Below are positions 61,056-64,000 of a DNA stretch of 64,000 nucleotides, piece after piece. Every line of letters starts with the position of its first letter. Positions within the stretch are counted from its first letter, which is position 1. A model generated the notes under the pieces. It made no database searches. It was not told the origin of the DNA and saw nothing but the letters and a program-made list of their open reading frames with translations. This DNA is from Utricularia gibba (taxonomy: Eukaryota > Plantae > Magnoliophyta): positions 744,001-808,000 of the forward strand of contig NEEC01000010.1 of assembly GCA_002189035.1 (NCBI GenBank), in the 5' to 3' direction. The position numbers and the translations under genes were made by a program.

Positions 61056-61090
<35 letters not shown>
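61050..61090. repeat. Poly-A run followed by a (GA)n microsatellite
   Basis: A-run 61050-61064, then GA repeats to 61090. Confidence 0.9.
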
Positions 61091-61373
61091 TTTCTGGGGG
61101 GAACGTCGAAATCAGAATGTCTTCCACCTAATGATAAACTGCATGTGATCCTGGCGTGGTCGTTGGACGTTGAGGTTTGAAAACAATGGCCGAATGGTCT
61201 TCTGGGTGCCCAGTCGAAGACCCTTCCTTGCATTTCATAACCAAAAAACAAAGATGTCTATTTTATTCTTATTTTCTGCGAGCAATAAACATTTTTTTGT
61301 ATAATAAAACATACAATCCAAAATCTATAGAAACATTTGGACATTGAGGAAGGATCTTGGTTGATGTATCTCC

Positions 61374-61919
61374 TTACGAAGTGGAACTGCATTCGCTACT
61401 TTTCTCGGCGTCCTCGCGCTGCAACGACGACATGCCGCACGTGCTGGTAGAAGCGGAGCAACCGCTGCTGCATTCGCTCTCCGTGGGCTTCTGCTCAGAG
61501 AGATGAAGCAGCAGGTCGACGAAGGCTCCGAGGATGAAGCGGTGATTGGCCTCCGCGTTCGTCTTCAGATACCAGGCTAAGACCACTTCCCAGTCCTTGA
61601 GTCCGCGGGCGTTGATCATTTCCTGCATCGAAGCTCTGAAATCCAAGAACGGGTCGATCGAGTCCAGCTCCAATTCGAACGCCCCTTTTGCGTCTTCGAG
61701 GATGGAGCTGGAGCCGGGGGCTGGTTTCACCTGGTCGAACAAAAGGCGGTCCGATTTCAGGGCGATCGCCACGGCCGACTCGTCATCGGAGTTGTCTCGG
61801 TGAACGACGGTCTCTGTGGGGAAAAGGCTTTCTGCCATGGCTGAGAAGGATAGGGTTCTGGGGGAGTCGACGCAGCTCTGCCATGGCCTTCTGCCTTTGA
61901 AAACCAATGGGAATTTCAT
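61374..61919 (-). CDS. OVATE family protein, OFP13/15/18-like, intronless
   Basis: MKFPLVFK...PWQSC..PRTLSF N-terminus, SDRLLFD and SSSILE motifs, and OVATE domain LDSIDPFLDFRASMQEMI...WYLKTN...HRFILGAFVDLL. Confidence 0.88.
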   Translation of the reverse strand: MKFPLVFKGRRPWQSCVDSPRTLSFSAMAESLFPTETVVHRDNSDDESAVAIALKSDRLLFDQVKPAPGSSSILEDAKGAFELELDSIDPFLDFRASMQEMINARGLKDWEVVLAWYLKTNAEANHRFILGAFVDLLLHLSEQKPTESECSSGCSASTSTCGMSSLQREDAEKSSECSSTS

Positions 61920-63859
61920 TCTTCAGAGAAGAGCAAGGGCCAGAGTAGAGCCGATTTCCAAACTATATGTTGTGTGTGGATATTATATTCATTTTATCAA
62001 ACTACACAAAAGTACGTGCCTAATTTTATGAAAAAAAATAATTATAAAATGAAATGCGTCGAAGACTATGTATTCCCCCAAAATCGATTTAGAAAGGTAT
62101 TGACAATAATGTAGAAATGGAATTTCAAATTATACACATGACTAAGATGATTATTAACTTTAAAGAGCGCTCGGCTTGACAGACCACCGTTATTTATAAA
62201 AAATAGACATAGTTTAATTTTTAATATTTTTTATAACTTATTTAAATATTTGCATATGTAGTGTAGTATTCAAAATCCTACAATTAATCTCTCTCCCATA
62301 TCATTTTCCAATTTTCCGACCACCGCCTACTATCGCTGGCCACTTACTACCGGTGTTGCCAACCCCCAAAACGAAGCCGACGACTACAATTACCGTGTGC
62401 CTCATTCGCAATGATGCTGCTCGTGCTTGCAATTGCTGCTCGCCATTTGTGTGACATCTGAAAAACAAGAATTTCGCATATTGTTGTAAAAATATTAATT
62501 CTCGTCTTAAATAAATTTATAAACATATTTTTGAATAAAAAATCAATCAAATATGAATATATAATAAAATTAGAATTGAACACGAAAAATGAGATTCTTT
62601 TTGTTTAGGTGCTAGTATATTCTATTTTGTCATGATTGAATATTAAGTTTAAATTATGATTAGCATAATTTAATGTAAATAAGCAAATCATATTACTATA
62701 TGCAAATAGATATTATAACGTCTTGAGGCATTCAAGAGTTGTATGGCCATCACTATCATTATTTCACCCAAACAAAAAATTATTCATCAAACAAAACACG
62801 AATTTAAGTCTATTTAAACTCTTTACTCGCCCAATTTTTAGTTTATCTCAAGTTAAATTTGTCTTATGATAAACATGTCACTATTTCCTCTTATTGTATC
62901 TATCCTATTGTAATAAATAATTAGTATAATAATCTAATTAGTATGATCTAATAACCAATGATCATATATAACCATTTTGTCCCCAATGCACCACTTTATG
63001 CTTAGTTGGTCATATTAAGAAGAATTTAAATGATTTTACAAAACAACATCATCAACATGCCTAGAGTCTTAGTGTAAGAGAAAGAAAGCAAACAAAAACA
63101 ATATTAAAAAAAATTTCAACACGAAATATTAAAACGCTTGCTTGCGATTTAATGCTAGTTAGAAGTAATGTTGTTGATAATAAAACCTTCAGTTCAGTTC
63201 TTGACTTCATCTTCTTCTTGTTAGGTTACATATAATTGTATTGATATTGATACAACTTTCTAATTTAAAGAGATTAGTGATCTACGAACATGAGATAATT
63301 TTGATGTTTAGAAAGGAATTTATCTAAGTCTATCCTCAAAAAAATAAATCTCTTACAATTAGACTATGAAAAAAAGGGAAATTAGAAGTTATACTTCAGA
63401 AAAAGGAGGGATTAGAAGTAATAATCCGTAGATACCACAAACTCAAAAAGCTTGATAATCCAAGAGCGTTCAAGCACTCAAATAAAAGAAAATTCTTCAT
63501 AAAATTCATGAAAAATAAATTAAAGATACCTCAAAGAGTATATTTCTAGAATATTTATATTCTAAAATTGGGACCTAAAATTACAAAGCTCAAATTAAAT
63601 TAAAAAAGATTACCAAATCCAATAGCATACATTAATGATAATGATATGTTTTGGACTCTAAGATAGATATACTTTAATGTAGTTGAGTTTATTTGGTTGC
63701 AATATTTTTTTAACCCAATATGATTGACTAGATTTTTAAGTGTAGCTTCAATCTTTTTACTCTTAATCTTTGTGATTGGTTCAAATGAAATGATCTTGCT
63801 ATTCAAAATATCCACTTATGTCACATGCTCAATATCTTTCAAATGACTATCATCATCTT

Positions 63860-64000
63860 ATTGGGACTCATAAGATATTAGGCTGCAATTTAAATTATAA
63901 ACCCAAGTGCAAGCTGAACTTGTAAAAAACCCATGAATGAATATGTGGAGTAGATTTGAAGATAAGGTAAGTTTCAATTATAAAACAATGTGTGGAGCTT
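63860..64000 (+). mobile_element. Third copy of the copia LTR family, truncated by the window end
   Basis: gctgcaatttaaattataaacccaagtgcaagctgaacttgtaaaaa...gatttgaagataag aligns with about 29040-29130 and 31225-31340. The left boundary is approximate. Confidence 0.6.

Noticed and set aside
1-64000. CRISPR arrays, rRNA, tRNA, organellar insertions or prokaryote-type systems
   Set aside because: None seen. The window is intron-containing plant nuclear DNA and its tandem repeats lack unique spacers.

Overview
Plant (eudicot) nuclear genomic DNA, gene-dense, with mostly 80-200 nt introns. Twelve protein-coding genes can be reconstructed by hand: HSCB (+), a DUF936/CORD-family gene (+), an ATL70/71-like RING-H2 ligase (+), a CXE15-like carboxylesterase (+), a convergent NDR1/HIN1-like pair (+/-), a PUB22/23-like U-box ligase (+), VIRILIZER (-, about 28 exons) head-to-head with TRS85/TRAPPC8 (+, about 27 exons), a SYP121/122-like syntaxin (-), and a convergent pair of OVATE-family genes (+/-). 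Intergenic DNA holds two solo LTRs of one family with separate target-site duplications, a second LTR-like family, an internally deleted Ty1/copia element ending 205 bp from the VIR stop codon, a hAT-like MITE, Mutator-like foldback elements and microsatellites. I found no rRNA, tRNA, snRNA or CRISPR feature, and no clearly novel biological system. The best leads are: (i) three apparent single-base deficits in G/C homopolymers that break VIR, TRS85 and the OFP6-like gene (most likely consensus errors); (ii) a 99-nt intron in an ATL gene, a normally intronless family; (iii) the 360-bp VIR/TRS85 divergent promoter and the possibility that this pair is inserted into an older immunity/secretion gene block; (iv) a near-perfect 62-nt hairpin just downstream of the OFP6-like stop; (v) orphan promoter-like motif clusters downstream of PUB22 and NHL10. 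Family names and Arabidopsis synteny come from memory and were not checked against any database.
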